The translations under genes and the position numbers were made by a program. A DNA stretch of 63,989 bases, counting the filler, from Octopus bimaculoides (Eukaryota), in the NCBI RefSeq assembly GCF_001194135.2. It is 4 parts of 4 records of this genome, joined end to end, with 100 filler letters (N's around TTAATTAATTAA, not from the genome) between each part and the next. Parts side by side here need not be neighbours in the genome. Positions count along the whole stretch, not along the records: positions 61,965 to 63,989 come from NC_068982.1; 3 more parts are not named here. One strand, written 5' to 3'. A model generated the notes under the pieces. It did no database searches. It worked only from the letters and a program-made list of their open reading frames with translations, and was not told where the DNA came from. Every line of letters starts with the position of its first letter. The first letter of the stretch is position 1. Shown piece by piece: positions 63,950-63,989 of the stretch.

Positions 63950-63989
<40 letters not shown>

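Overview
AT-rich, gap-riddled eukaryotic scaffold dominated by microsatellites and interspersed repeats. The tRNA-derived SINE families and repeat make-up resemble an octopod cephalopod genome (inference from pattern recognition, not a database search). The only host gene I can support is a CLC chloride/proton exchanger, best match CLCN6, on the minus strand: one exon at 60097-59938 (end of the transmembrane domain) and one at 55823-55685 (CBS1). The CBS2 exons are not visible. The rest is transposon debris: Tc1 and mariner elements, hAT remnants and a MITE, a Helentron-type non-autonomous element, two different Penelope-like (PLE) lineages, RLE-type and CR1-like LINE 3' ends, three SINE families, and 46-bp and ~111-bp satellites. 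The most interesting unexplained signal is about ten type-I hammerhead-ribozyme-like motifs (CUGANGA...GAAAC..GUH with pairable stems I and II) spread over 15.9-62.8 kb. Some sit next to PLE ends and others lie in short non-coding repeats, suggesting several decayed ribozyme-bearing PLE or retrozyme-like families. Also notable are a mariner derivative built from two left ends and a possible in-frame 81-nt exitron or alternative donor in the CLCN6 cytoplasmic linker. Nearly all ORFs in the supplied track are microsatellite or N-gap artefacts. No CRISPR or prokaryotic system is present.
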